A stretch of 62,384 nucleotides of DNA, counting the filler, from Sphacelaria rigidula (Eukaryota), in NCBI GenBank assembly GCA_964200075.2. It is 9 parts of 9 records of this genome, joined end to end, with 100 filler letters (N's around TTAATTAATTAA, not from the genome) between each part and the next. Parts side by side here need not be neighbours in the genome. Positions count along the whole stretch, not along the records: positions 20,830 to 27,672 come from CAXNAA020017808.1; positions 27,773 to 34,615 come from CAXNAA020017809.1; positions 34,716 to 41,558 come from CAXNAA020017810.1; 6 more parts are not named here. One strand, 5' to 3'. Made by a program: the position numbers and the translations under genes. Shown here in pieces: positions 24,291 to 38,393 of this stretch (position 1 is its first letter; every line of letters begins with the position of its first letter). Below the pieces are notes generated by a model. It was not told the DNA's origin. It made no database searches and worked only from the letters and a program-made list of their open reading frames with translations.

Positions 24291-27200
24291 TTGTGCAGAG
24301 TTTTCACTTGGTTCCAGAATAGGACAGAGAGCAAGTTGCAATTTTAAATTTCTTCACGGATGGATCACGGGTATTCTAGCCCTGTCCAGGCGTGGCTCGC
24401 ATCCTACGGTCAGCGCTACAGTACTAGTTGTACTGACAATAGAAATACACCGTGTCAACTTCGTCGGGTATTACCGTGCGCGAATAGATGTCGTACAATG
24501 AACGCTTCCCCCTTTCGTCGTGATACGCATCCTTTCCCATCCGGCTGTTAAACGCGCGATGGCTGGCCTGTAGCACCACGAATCCGTGCTGATGTGGAGG
24601 CCTCTCTTCCAAGGACGTCTGCTCCTCTAGTCTCATCATATTTTAGGCCTTAGAGTATGACGGTCTCCAATTGACGCCGCGGATGATGAATTAAAATTCC
24701 AGTATAATGCCTCCATAACATTGAAAAGGAACAACACTGCGCCAGTTCACAGCCCTACAAAAAACCATGGTGTGTTGGTTTTTCGTCCCCCGTAAAAAGA
24801 AGAAGGCGCTACCCGACCCATCATTTGCGCGATACCAAACATGGCTGGGTAAAGACACACAACGGTATACGCCGCTTGACCCGCTGGGCCAGACCCCGTG
24901 CTCCGCTGAAAGGAGCAACCCACAGCAGAGGGCGGGTATACTGCACCGTCATTGTACAAATTGCACCCGGCAACATGGCGACCGCTGCTGCTGGCAGGCG
25001 TCAGGGCTCGCGGCCACGGAAAGGCGTAACCAGCCGTAGTGAGACGGAGATATACTGATATACACGAGCATCGCATGCACCCCCGGCGGAGGCAATGTAC
25101 CACTCGCTGTCTACTTGTCTGCTTGCTGCTTCGTTTCCTTGCTGCTGCTCTGTCCATCCCGGTGCGACTGTACATTCATGCACTGTCTATAGTACGTGCG
25201 CTCCAGGTGTGACTCAACCCTGCGAGCTAATCACAAGCATTTTCCACTCAACAGTTCACTGCAAAAGGTCGCAATTCATCGGCGCTAGCTCCTCCCGGTT
25301 CCCTACTGAAGGGCATCTCATTTGTTGAATTTTTCAGTTGACTACAAACCTACATCCCCTATGCATGGGCATTTCGCCAAGTGATAAAGCATAACTCAGC
25401 GCTACCTTTCCCCCACTGGATGAGTTATGCCACATTACTGAGTCAAATCATGACCTATGCGTGAAATGTTTGAAGCTTTCCAAGGGAAATTTGGTACCGG
25501 CGATAGTTGAAGTAGAGGCTTGGTGAGATTTGCATGTTAACAGTCAGCATCTTCGACCTGGAGTATCCTCAGATGAGCCCCAGGCGCACCACCGAGAACG
25601 GGTTGAGCGCAACCGCTTTCGTTCAAAATATCAAGATGTACTATATTATCTAAATGTGTATGAATCAGGGTTGGGGACCTCGAAATACACGGTATCTTGC
25701 CGTTGGGGATGCTGATCGCAGACAGAGAGGTGCTACTCAGCTGCAGCGGTTCGGTTAGCCGGACATATTGTTCCGCAAAGAGTTCAAAGTGCGACAATCA
25801 ATCAATCCATCCATCAATCGACGAGGTTTGGCGCCTTGAAGTGGGTCAAAGTGTTGTGTGGGTTTCAGTGCGGTGGGTTGCCAAACCTCGTATGACCGCG
25901 AATATTGTGAGCATCCGCATTTAAATGCTCTTTCGCTGTCACTTGATATTAGTATAGCGAATCGGACCTGTAACAAATGGCATCGATCGCACTGTCGTGG
26001 GACCCCGCACTTTAGAAGGCAGGACTGTGCTGGGACCCTCACAGTATCCATTGCACTGACGGGCGATGCGTTGCTCGGATCCACCGTGGCAATACGTCAA
26101 CAGCGGTAAAGTCATGGCATTGAAGTACTTCACGGTGCAGTCGTATCAACCAGGTCGCAACTTTCCACGTTTAGAACGAATCATCACGACTACGAATCAC
26201 TAATTCCACGATTTCTTCGGCCTGATTGCCCAAACGGGAAAAAAAAGTTGACCGCTGGTCCAAGGGGTATCCACGCAACTTTGGCGCCATTCCACGTGTC
26301 TGGGCTGCGTTTGCGTGTACCTGGGTTGCAACGCTGAAAACAAAGCCTAGGGATTGATTCGTACGAGTCGGATCAGTTATACTAAAACAAAGTCATTTCC
26401 AGACACATCAGTATTTGTCCGATCCCTGCAACCTTCCCCCTCGATCCTGCACCATGCATCCTAGTTTTCAGCAGTTTTCACCTGAAGAACGGACCATCCA
26501 GTCAACGCCGTCTTAGCAAAGGTTGAAGCTCTCATTCGTGGGGTCAATACGCGGTGTCTAATTTTTCAATGCGATTACATCCGACCAAGTTTAAGAGTTA
26601 AATCGAATGCTCATGGTCGACAAGTTAACAACTGATATCGATTGCGTCAGTTGGTCGATTTTGAAGACACTGCTGTAGCATCGCCGGATGTTGTCGGTCC
26701 GACGTAGTACCAGACACGTCATATTGTTTCCGCGAGTAGTGGCTTCAACCTTATTTCGGGGTGTACCTGCTGTAAAGTCTGACATTCAGGCTAACCGTAG
26801 AAATTAAAAAGATGGTTCAGGATCTGAAAACAAGGTCATGATTTGGTTTGCACGAGGGTGATATTGTTACTCTTCCTTACGCATGGGTGAAATGTTATTG
26901 TTGCTACTGCTGCTGTTGCTGCTGCTGCTTGTTCTTCTTCTCACATTAGCCCGTTTCCAGAAACCTAGCGCCAGTGGTCACAAAGCCACGGCACAAGAAG
27001 ACAGAATACAAGGCAAAATAAATACTATGCCCACGGACAGAAAACATTGCGCCCGAAAGTACGTGAGCCATAAGAGGGGGGGGGGGAGTCAAATTAGGGA
27101 AACTACATAGGGCGGCAAACCGAGCAAGTCAGAGTGAGAGGAGGGCTAGATTTTAGTATGTGTGTCACGCACTGATGGATTCAAACCGCAGCATGGACAT

Positions 27201-29621
27201 CTCCGGTGTTGTATCACCGTGTAGGTTGTGTGGTAGTGTCCGTGTTGCGTCAACGACACTGTGAATAAATCCCAGTAGTACACGAAACCGCGGACCCCCA
27301 CAATCGGTTTCAACCCCTAGATCAAATCTTTTTAGCGCCCATGAACCAGCACGACGCTTTATTTATTCCTCCGAAGGGGGGTCGGAATGGTTGTTTCGGC
27401 GGAAGACAAGGGGTGGCCCGCTAGGCCCTCTCCTGGTGGTATTTGCCCACCATCAGTAGCTGCTCTGCAATCGTGTGCATCACCGTTGTCGTATGCATCA
27501 ACAGCAACGATAGTAGGGTATGAAAGCGTACAACACGAAGCCATTCTGCTCGCCGCAAGCGCCGCGCAAACGCAAGCTTCATTGTATTATCATTATTATT
27601 CTTGGTTTTAGTCTGGAACCTCGGTCAGTGACTGCTGACCGGGCATATTCCCATCACGGCAACCATTTGTATNNNNNNNNNNNNNNNNNNNNNNNNNNNN
27701 NNNNNNNNNNNNNNNNTTAATTAATTAANNNNNNNNNNNNNNNNNNNNNNNNNNNNNNNNNNNNNNNNNNNNCCCCCCCCCAGCCCGCACCGGCCCCGGG
27801 TGCGGAGCGGAGGAGGGGGCCGGCCGCCGCGGCCGGGGAATTAAACTATGACTCCCCTATATCGGAGCAATTTCGATACACTCTAGAACTCAAGCCATTA
27901 AATCCTACGCTTGACCCAAGTCATACATGCCGAGCACGAGCAATGCGTCCAAAAATAAATCCAACAGGGGATAAATAAAAGTTGATATAGCGACAACTTC
28001 GCTTTCCGCAAAAGCGAAGTTACAGTACCTCTGTCCAACACATACAGACACGAACCCAAGACCAGATTTGACCAGCGTACACATCGGCGATGCTATAGTG
28101 GTCCAGTTGTCAATTCACTTACGCGTGCTGCTAAAACCAAGAGGAATAATAATATTACAGTTTGGGTCAGGATGTTCCCGCCTCGTCGAAGGCATCTGAG
28201 CAAGCACGGGGGTGCGGGCGTATGCACTCGCGCCCGTTCGTACATATTCATCAGGGACACACAGCATCAACACCTACTTCGAAATAAGAGAAGGGAAGGG
28301 AGAGGGGGGGGGGCGTACTCATTTGTTGCTTGCCTTAGTCGTGTGACCATTGACCACGCATCCCTTTCAAACGGAGGGGGGGGNNNNNNNNNTCAGCCTG
28401 GAGCGCCGCAGGGCGCCCGGCACCCGCGGGCCAGGGCGCGGGGGGGGGGGGGGGGGGGGGGTTCACCAAGCCTTCATTAAGTAGGGCCCCCAGCGTATCG
28501 CAGCGGTGGTGGTACATGTTTTCCGTGCCAAGTGCCGGTTCGACCGCGAAATTACCCGGAAAAGATCAAAAGCAATTGCAGGAATAGATGACGACGGCAA
28601 AGCCAGAGTAAGGAGACAGAAACGAACAACGATGACATGAGGGAACCGAAAATGTCTCATCATTCACCAGCGGTGTGCGTGCTGGGCATCCTAGACAACA
28701 CCGCACAAACCATTATTTAAACCCAAATCTCAACATCACAGAACATCTGATGAAACGCTACAGCTCAAGAGCGCGCGGAACGCGCGGAACGCGCGCGGGG
28801 GGGACTACGCGGTATAGGGACCGCGTAAAACGCGGCTGATACTGATCGGAACTAATTACTTGTGGCCTCCATCCGACGTCATGGATCAAGAGACCTGTGA
28901 TGAGTATCCAAACAAGAGCAATCGAAAGGCAGTTCAAGACCTCTTCGTGAAAAATACCCATGGGTATAAAAACACGGCCCTGTCGAAAGCCTTCGAGGTT
29001 ACCAGCACGTGGGCGTCCCAGCTGCCACAAGCAACCGCCACTCCCGAACCTGAACATATCCCCACCGTAGCGGACCACACCGGCACCGACCGTGCCCCAC
29101 CCCGCCTGCCCTCCCATTTACAGCACCAAACTGATACTGCAACGCGTTTGCCTCCTTCCTCAGGAACGCAAGAGCGTAGGTTTAGAGGTCTCCACAACCC
29201 CACTATATCGACTCTTATCAAAATTCTCCCAACGTTGTACAAAATCAGTCCCCTAGCGTGATCGAATGTGATCACCTCGAAAACTGCCAAGTCGAAGGAA
29301 CGTGGAAGTCTAAAAAACAAGCACCTCTTTCCCATGTACAAAACCGCCGTACCGACCCTCCTGCATGTCCCACAACAAGGAAACCCCACACAAAACACTC
29401 ACTATCAACAACATACAAGGCACGCGTCAAAAACCAGCACACACCAACAACATCAATCCTTGGACTGGAGCGCATGGACTTCTAGACGAAATATGGATAA
29501 ATAAAAAAGCAGAAAAACAAGACGATTTTCAACCGAAATGGAACAGGGGAACCGACTCCTCACAATTTCCATCAGTGACTCGTATCTCAAAAGAAAAGAG
29601 GGAAAAAATAAACGTTCGACA

Positions 29622-29900
29622 TCACAACTTGCTCCGCGCTCTCCGCGCCCTGAACGAGATCGCGGCGCTTTTGCCGCGCGCGGCGGCAGCCTCTCTGTCC
29701 CTCCCGTGACCCCTACTGTTCTTACTGAGAGCGCTAGTGGCGCCATTGCCATTATTCTTGTCGAACAGCACGTGCTTCAGGTTTTGATCCACCATCTCCG
29801 CCGGCCGCTTCTCCGTCGCCACGCCCAACACCTTCGCGGGTACACCTGCCGCTGTAGAGTGAGGGGGCAAGTCTCGCAACACCACGGATCCTGCGGCAAC
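29622..29900 (-). CDS. cysE: Serine O-acetyltransferase (CysE/SERAT family), last exon
   Basis: Acceptor CCGCAG|, phase 0, matching the upstream exon. VAAGSVVLRDLPPHSTAAGVPAKV is the final left-handed beta-helix turn of SAT. Ends RARRARSKL-TGA. Confidence 0.9.
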   Translation of the reverse strand, partial: VAAGSVVLRDLPPHSTAAGVPAKVLGVATEKRPAEMVDQNLKHVLFDKNNGNGATSALSKNSRGHGRDREAAAARGKSAAISFRARRARSKL

Positions 29901-30244
29901 CTGCGGAGTTTTCATGTTTAATTGATTTATTCATGGAGGGGGGGGGGGGACGAGGAGGTCAGGGCGGATCAGTCATCCCGCTGCGAGCACAGCAATACTC
30001 CAACTAGTCACGTTTTTTTCGTTGAATAGATCAATGAATCAATCACGACATTCGGTTTGATATTTGGGGTACATACACACAAAGGTTGAATGAAGTCTAC
30101 GAGTATACGGTACAGTAGTAGTAGTTTTTTTTTTTTCCCATAGAGCGAGCGTGAAGTAATGAAATATTGTTCAATCTTTTCTCCAAGGCCGTAACGGTCA
30201 GGAACACACCTCTGTCGAAATCTATTCTGTCTGCATGTGTGGTA

Positions 30245-30565
30245 TTTTTTTCATTTTATTTGTCGCACTTTGAACCCCTCCCCTTCCTCGGGACGAGTCC
30301 CATGGTCTCAACGGGTCAATCCATATCTCCCCGGTACACGCCTTGCATTTTGGTCTCGCGGATTGGGTTATGACTATCAGCACTCCCACATCGCGTCAAC
30401 TCACGTCAAACAAACCCAGTCAACTACTTTGTTTACCCACGTCCTCACGCTTTCCACGGTGGGAATCATACACAACGAAGGAAAATCTCGACGCATCGGG
30501 AATCGAACCGTCGTCCTCTCCACCCTAGTGGCGACAGTCGGTCCATTACACCATCGGGGCGCGGC
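30245..30565 (-). mobile_element. tRNA-derived SINE (family A) inside the SAT intron
   Basis: Reverse complement reads GCCGCGCCCCGATGGTGTAA...GGTTCGATTCCCGATGCG...GGGGTTCAAAGTGCGACAAATAAAATGAA, colinear with 804-1140. Confidence 0.85.
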
Positions 30566-30930
30566 TGTATGGACGCCCTTCACTACGAAGCTTCGAACCA
30601 CACAATCTTTCGAACCCAGTTGAGCCGAAGCCTCGCGGTGCAAAACAACCATCGCACCGCCCATCTACCATCCCCTGCTACACACGCTCAACAAGTTTCA
30701 GTTTCGTCGATTCTCACGTTGTGTGCCGCTCGTGTCCTGACACACTGAAGAGCAAACCCAACTTAACCGAGTTGGAAGGGTATCGTGAGTATTGACCTCT
30801 CGGGCTCGACTGTCGCAACTGACATCGAAGCACGTATGGAAGGACCGCATTACTTTTACACGTCCAACCAAGCTTCAGCTTCATGGGTTCTCAAAGCGTT
30901 GGATTTCACGCGTGTGTTTGAATTCCTTGA

Positions 30931-31048
30931 CCCTTTTGGAATCCACTGACGATTTTTGTTGCAGCGAATCGGCATCATCTTGACTTGGAAATGACTGAAA
31001 ATGATGCCGATACACAAAAACATGAATCGCCAACGGGTTCCAAAAGGG
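30931..31048. mobile_element. Diverged copy of the TTAA-type mini-MITE
   Basis: TTGA|CCCTTTTGGAA ... TTCCAAAAGGG|TTGA, with internal GAATCGGCATCAT / ATGATGCCGA. Confidence 0.7.
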
Positions 31049-33503
31049 TTGACTCAGAAGGCTGAACGGGGTTGTCATCGTACGTCGACGGTACAGCTCG
31101 GGGAAAGGATGCTAGAAGAACCGCTCTGGGCACTGCTGTCCCATTCTATTGACAATGTCTGCGGTTTCATGTTGTGTCCTGTGGTAGAGGTGACCTGCAC
31201 ATATTGCAACACCACGCAGACAGCACACGTACGAGTCTTCCCCGCGTGTACGCGCTTTCACTCCTCTCCTCGGGAGCTTCGTTCCATGTCACTCCCACCA
31301 TGCCCCTCTCTTCTTTCTCTCTCATTTGCTGTACTCGGTGTTAAACTTTGATATGAGCAACAGCGAACTCCAGAATGTTGAAAACAATTGGCATATCTGT
31401 CATGACCGAGAATGGAACTCATGATCCGAGTTGTTTTTGGCGCTCCGCGGCAATTTAGTTTCATCGCCCCAAGGAGTCAAGACCATGGACGTGCACTTCC
31501 TTCACCAGCACATGTACCAAACAAGTGGGGAAAAGGCCGTCTCTAGCGTGTGTGGGTGTTGACAAAACGCAACGCACGAATACGGTGTTGTACTTGAAGT
31601 GTGTAAAGAGAAAATCTCCAAATGGTGAATTAAAATGTGGCATGGCTGACATGTCTAAGGATCGAGCCTTCCAAGCGTGTACGAGTAGAGGGAAAGCTCC
31701 ACATAATCGAAATGAAAAAGTGGTACGACTGGCATGGCCGAGAAATGAACCCATGATCCGACTTGTGTTGAGCGTTCTGTACCAATTGAGCTCACGTGGC
31801 CATGGAAGGCAAGACGATGAAAGTGCAGCCCAAGTACCAACGCATGACCGAACACATCGCAGTAGGGCACCTCTCGCGCGCATTAGTACGCTATTGTACT
31901 GAGTGCTGTACTCAAAAATACGTGCTCGGAGAGGAAACATCCCAGGAGTGAAGAAGTGGCGTGAAAGGCATGCTTGGGAATCGAACCCGTGATGCGAGTT
32001 TGTTCTCACCGTTTGGCAAATTGCTTTTACTGTCCGTCCGTCACGCTTTGATTCATGATTGAATTGTCTTCCCTTCGGCACTTTTCATCGCCGCATTTTC
32101 TGCTGGTGGTTGAACTCGGCCCGCCATCACCGGCTCTATTACACATGAGTGAGCGCGCGCATTTCCAAAGTCGGGACAAGAACTTTCGCGCAGCAAGGCA
32201 TTTTATCATGATTCCGTTCCTTCGAACTCCTACAAACCTCCTCCGCTCTTGGTAGCCCCTGCTCTGCAGCAAGTACACGGCTTCTCCTTTCCAAGCGACC
32301 AACTACTGACACGTGCATGGCATGCCTCGACCAACCGTCCTCCTGCGAAAAGGTGATATTCCTCGACGGACACTCGTGGGATATACATTTTATTTCATGT
32401 GATGGTTTCCACATCACCCCCCCCACCCTTTAATCAGCGTCTTCGCAGGTCCTCTTTGAACAACAGGCTCGTAGGAGTAACCTTTTTTGCCGGCTAACGG
32501 TGAGAATGCCCTACCTGTTTCACGTGCACTTCACGTCAGTTGGGTCCCCGGGCCAATGACCTTCACACAAGAGTTTCCTGTGTGTGAGCTCTGCTTCGAA
32601 ATCACCCACCAGTTGCCTGGTCCCCCACCATTTTCGCGACTTTTTTTGCCCCCCCTTGACTTTTTTCGTCGCCCTTGGTGGGAGCTGGGACCTGAACTCG
32701 GGGTGTTCTGTTCATGAAGCATAGGAGTTATCTCTTGGTATCGCCAATATGAAAAGGAAAATTGATCCCTCGACGGACACTCGCGGGATTTTTTCCCTTC
32801 CATGTGGTGATTCCACCACTTCTCGATACGCCTGAAATCGATACGTAGGTACTCTCGACGCGAAACCCACGTGCTTGCGTCGGGGAGCAAAAGGCCAGTG
32901 CACAAAAGAAAAAATGAACTCTTCCCCTGCGAAGGCAGAGGAAGGGGGGAAGCTTCATTTCGCCCTTCTGCACAGGTTTCTTGCTCTGTGAGACGAACAC
33001 GTGAGTTTTTTTCACCGAGAGTACCTCTCGATTTCAAACGGGTGGGAAAGGAGGACGATTGATTGAGGCATGCGTTGAACGTGTCGGAGTTCAATCAGCC
33101 GAAAACAGGCGCCAGTGCACGCAATACAGACCAGTGGCGAGTGGAAGTGGAGGGGGTTTGACGGGAATCAAAGGAATGGCATAAAGACAAGAGGAATGCC
33201 TCGCTACGCGACAAATTAAAAACGGATCCCGACTCTGGGAATGCGCGCGCTCACCGGAAGGATACCGGCCTCATTTTCGTCGTCACGTCTTTTTTTTCAG
33301 CACCCCTAGCTGGACTACCCGGGTCCGTTCTGTTCTGTTCACGTCAGTACGATTTCTTCCTGTGCATGTTATGAGTATTTTTTTTAATTATTTTTTTGCA
33401 ACAAACGAGGACCCATCAAACAATAATCAATTCAACAAATATCTTCACGAACGAATAAAAAGCTGGCACTTCAATGACACGAACAAACGAAACAAATACC
33501 CAC

Positions 33504-33843
33504 CTTGCAGCCGTCACCGACGTGTATGTTTCCCAAAATCATGGATCCGGCACCAACCAGGATCCCGCACCCCAGCTTCGGGTGCCGATCACCCCGGGTC
33601 TTGCCGGTTCCCCCCAGAGTTACCCCGTGGAGGAACGTGCAGTCATCTCCCACAACCGCCGTTTCGCCAAACACCACCCCGGTAGCGTGATCGATCATCA
33701 CGCCCTTACCCACTTTACAGCCGGGGTGCACGTCCATGCCAAACACTTCTGACACGCGGCTCTGGATAGCCAGAGCCAGAGCCCTTCTTTCTTCCTTCCA
33801 CAGGACGTTGGCGATGCGGCTCGCTTGGAGGCCGAGGTAGCCC
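33504..33843 (-). CDS. cysE: Serine O-acetyltransferase (CysE/SERAT family), penultimate exon; the 5' exons are not in this contig
   Basis: TTCCAG| acceptor and AAG|GTGGGT donor. GYLGLQASRIANVLW...QSRVSEVFGMDVHPG...IDHATGVVFGETAVVGDDCTFLHGVTLGGTGKTRGDRHPKLG carries the diagnostic SAT motifs DxHP, DHATG and GVTLGGTG..RHP. Confidence 0.97.
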
Positions 33844-34744
33844 CTGGAATACGCACGCAACCAAAATAGGACGACGTGGCGTTGGCAGAGGCGGCGACGG
33901 AGAAAAAACGGACCCCGGAATTATGATATGTTGGTATATTTAAATTGACCAGATAAACTGGTGAACTTACCCAATTCAATGTTATTCCTTTTCAATATTA
34001 TGGAGATTAGGCGCCCCAACACAGTACACCAGAGGTCTGATAATACTGAAACTTGACGTATGTGTGGACTGAAGCCGCAGGTAGGTGTTGACGCAGTAGT
34101 TTCGGCGACCCAAGGCGTTTTGTGCGCTGTGACGTGAAGAAATGATTATGCACGATGCTGCAGGGATTCCGAAAACAAGAACACCTTCTGATGACAGTTC
34201 TAGAGGGTAACGGTATGAAATCCGGAGACAGGAGTGGATCTTGCTATCCTCGTTGTTTACATCGCCCCCCTGTTTGTCGAGGCCGGCACCAAGGCCGGAA
34301 AAAAACGCTAGCTAAGCTTCTCCATATGTTAGAGGCAGATGCCTCTGAGTTTTATACGCCGTGCCGAGTAGGACGCGGCCGCGCAACGCAGCCAAGGAGA
34401 CGGGTGTCTTCCGTCAAGGACAACTGCGGATACGCTCGGGCAGGGGGCAATGTCTCCTCCTTCACAGTGCTAGACCTAGCGCGGGCGTTACCACGACGGT
34501 CTGACAATGACAGGGGCAGTTGCCGTAGTTTCTTTTATCAGAGTCGATCAGATATTCTTCCGTAGTGTGCTCCCACGTGGAGATATTTACCTTTTTGGCA
34601 GGCGCGTGATCACCCNNNNNNNNNNNNNNNNNNNNNNNNNNNNNNNNNNNNNNNNNNNNTTAATTAATTAANNNNNNNNNNNNNNNNNNNNNNNNNNNNN
34701 NNNNNNNNNNNNNNNTCATTAGACGATTAATACTATATGCGGAT

Positions 34745-35460
34745 CACGGCCCAACTCGTCTATGTCGATGAGATAATGCTTTTAGAGCTAAAATCCGTTT
34801 TTAGGCTGGCCCAGCTCGTATCTCATTTCGGAAAGTGGGAGGTATGCCTCGTTTTTCCCGATCGATAAACTTCGGGATCAAACGTGCCCAGGGATGAGCG
34901 GTAACACGCGAAAATACTTTCGAATATCACCGACTGCGAAAAAAACTACGAAAATCTCCTATTTCAGATGAAAACTGATGTAACCCTTACTGGGATACCT
35001 TCAACATTTGGGTGCTCATTACGATTTTCTCATACACTCGGACGCTTCTTATAGTCAGAACACGGACTCTCTGATAACTGCCCTTTTTTAACCTTCGATC
35101 ACGGATTTTTGGCGGAATCCGGGCCTTTGCAGATTAGGCTTCCTCTGAAATATTTACCATGCTTTCCAAGAGGGTTGTAGGACATTTTCCCAATTTTTCG
35201 TGCGCCCACTTTTTGGGGGGGAAGCGGATTCCCGATTTTTCTAGTCGCCCCAAAAATCTTCGACTTGTCGGGAAAAAGTAACGTAAGCACGAAAGATCGG
35301 GAAAATGCGCGAGAATCCTCTAGGAAAGCATAGCACATTTTTCAGAGGAGGCCCGATCCGCCGAAGCCCGGATTGCGCCAAAAATCTGCGCCAAAAATTT
35401 ACGGTGAAAAAAGGGGTTTCATAGATTCCGTGTCCTGACTAAAAGAAGCGGCCCTACGAG
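34745..35460. repeat. Fragments of a repeat family shared with 1-800, 11680-11790 and 12690-12800
   Basis: Shared strings GCCCAACTC..TAGGCTGGCCCAGCTCGTA, GTCAGAA..CGG.CTCT, CGGATTTTTGGCGGAA and GGGATGAGC. Confidence 0.6.
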
Positions 35461-38393
35461 ATGAAAAAATATTATTTGGGGAAGGGGGGTGGCGACCAAT
35501 CACAGTGCTCTGGTTGGAAGCGTTTTATCGTCATGTGAACCTCGGGAACGCCAGGGCCGCTATTCGGACGCTAAAAGGACCGACAGCCGTCTGGGGGGGA
35601 AACTCGTACTCGATATTTCTAGAAAAGAGACAACGTCCAGACAGAAAAGGCCGCTGCCATGCATATGCCGAGTGCTATGGTTTTTCATGCAGGAGTAACG
35701 ATCAGCACTGCTTTGCCGTCCAAGGACAACAGTTAATTCATCGCATCAACAGCAGCACATGTAAAAAGTCAACAAATGCAGCTGTTGCTGGACAGCCGGG
35801 CGACCGGGCGCATTTGTTGGGAAGTGCACGTACTGTACGCGGAGGGTGGGGATGTGGTTGGGTGACGTTTCGATTTTACGCGTGAGGGTTACGGAATAAT
35901 AATCTCGCCCACTTTGCCCCCAACGGCCCGCAAAGCAAGACCAGCGCAACTCGACGCTTGACACACACATGAGCAACGCGCATCGAACCTCAGCGGTTAG
36001 CTCATCCCGTCACAACCCCTGCTGCCAGCAACTGCATCCCTATAGTATTTACGCCCCTGTCCCCGAATGCTTCGACAGCAACCGTGGTGGATACGATAGC
36101 AACAGTGGTGGGTAACAAAGGTGTGCGGGGACAGCCATCGTCCCAGCACCACTAAGCCTGTCAGTACGTACAGCTGATCGGTGATGGAGGGCAAAAAAGG
36201 TACAGCCGCGCTTGACTACGGCCAAGTACTGCTGCGCACCAAGAGTCAAACACTGTTTCTGTCCCATAACTCATTTTGCAAAGCTTCTGTCAAGGGTCCA
36301 TGTTCGTCTGACGTCCGTTGACTACAAAAACGTCTTCCGAAACCTCGGGGGGGGCAGCAAGCCCACAAAATCTCGGAACAGCACACCAGGGCGTTCAAAC
36401 GTCCACTCGTTCAGCGCCCACAGGAAACTGGCTGATCTGACAAACTCGCCGATTCCTGGAGGATGGCAGTAGTGAAGGCATGAACGGCCGCTAGTTGGCT
36501 GCTCGGGCACTTGACATAAACTTTTCCCACTCCGGAGTATAATATTTGTCACCAATGCTTGCAAGGGCGAGTCCGGTTTCTGTAGGCTGTGTCTGCCGAA
36601 AGGTCAGTAGCAAATAGCGCCTGATGGAAGCAAAGGTTTGTGGTAAGAACAAGCTCACTGCTGTGATTCCATGCATGTTCCTTGCGTGTGTGTTCGTGTG
36701 TGTGTGCGTGTGCTTCAACACGCGGTCATCGTCGACTGGCTGTTGAGCTTGGGGGGAATCAATTCGCGAACCTGCAACCCAGAATCAAAACACCGCCGAA
36801 CTACACTCGCAAGCAGCACGTGCATATCCCACCAAATGCGCCATGCCTTTCAGCTGTTCAACAACAACCGTCAGTACAGGTGTGTGTGTTGACCACATCC
36901 ATATATTGTGTGCTATTGGCGCAATCACGGCTGCATTATGTGCTTTGAATGTTCGTCACACTTTAGATCCCTTTCTTTCCTCGGGACAGGGCCATGGTCT
37001 CAAGCGATGAAACCATCTTTCCCCAGATTTTCCTCACCAGTCACTTGTACCATTAGAACCCCGCGGTACAGAGGATTTTGCAAGTATCGATTTAAAATAT
37101 GAAACTGCAACGCGTCTCGGGTGCGTCCATCATGTGGCCACGGCTGGATCTCGGGGGGTCAGTAAACGTGCGACAATTAATCAATAATTACACCAACGCC
37201 GCTAGCCCCCGCTAATGCACGAATAGCTGTATCTTACACTGTACTTAGCTACGAATAGCTGTATCTTACACTGTACCGCGCGCACGTGTGTGGCAATGAT
37301 ATTTTGTAGGCGCTATCGCTCTATCAAAAGTAGTTATTCCGAACCCTCAGCTGATGACATAGAATAGAGCTAGTTGGCTGTCGGGCGATCTCTTTCGGCT
37401 TCATGTGCCACCAGGCTGCCTTTTGTCGTCTTCGTCGGGGGTGCAGAATACTTGTTTTTGATGGAGAGAAATGTCATAATAGAATATGTTGTTGTCCCAC
37501 ACATGCCGCGCGTCAAAAGATACACGTGCATGAAGCCGCGGCAAGTGGCTTTGCCGTCTCAGGGCGGTACTTTTCAGAAAGTAGAGGACAGCAGGGAGCG
37601 GTGATCGCGCCAGTAGTACGATAGCACATGCATGTGGTCAGCACACACAGCTGCGGCTGAAGAGCTGAACAGCGTGGGGTATTTGGTGGGGACCTAAGTG
37701 CTGTAGTCGGCACGTGCGGGTGTGATAATGCTGTCCTGATATCATGTGCGGTTTGCGCAAATGTCCTTACCTACCCCTCATTACCACCTGACCAGGACGA
37801 GCACAAGTTGACACCTACACAAGCAACACGCATGAAACCGCAGCGGTGAGCTATCCTTCCATATCTCTGCTGCAAAAGCGGGAGCTCGTGGCGTTGAAAG
37901 TTGGGGAACGAAGGACGTCCTCGATCGGCTTGCGCTTCACATATGAGTTTGAGAAAGAGCCTCACAGTCCCACCCGCTCAACCATGCAAACGAGCCCGGT
38001 TCAATCTTATTGGGCAAGACTGACACTCGCGAGCACTCCATTTCAGCGGCCACTCGACCTACTAGCGGCCATCTACCCCTTTACCATGGCCATCCTCAAG
38101 GACAGGAGGGATTTTCACAGGCCGAATTCTTGCGGGTGCTCAACGAGTTCAAGACACGGCCTAAGGCGCATCTGAACGCTTTCATGCACAACCAAAAGGT
38201 GATCAAACAGTAACACTGAAGATAATGGAAACTGATTTTCACAACCGCAACTATTGATTGTCTTGGAGGACGGACAACCACGGTTTGACGGTATCGCAAA
38301 ATTTGCCCTAATTTCATTTTGCCAACAGTCTGTTCTGCTGTACTCCTGTACTGTTGAATGATGAGCTGTTCGGGTTGAGGAAAGGGTAAATAC

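Noticed and set aside
23945-24501. ORFs inside the 650-bp repeat (also 34155-34565)
   Set aside because: Frames differ between the two copies and there are no domain motifs.
28860-29504. ORFs downstream of the SAT stop codon
   Set aside because: No motifs or convincing splice structure; more likely the SAT 3' UTR or flank.
33504-33843. Bacterial contamination or recent HGT of cysE
   Set aside because: The gene is split by spliceosomal introns, one about 3.6 kb long and containing host SINE and MITE copies.
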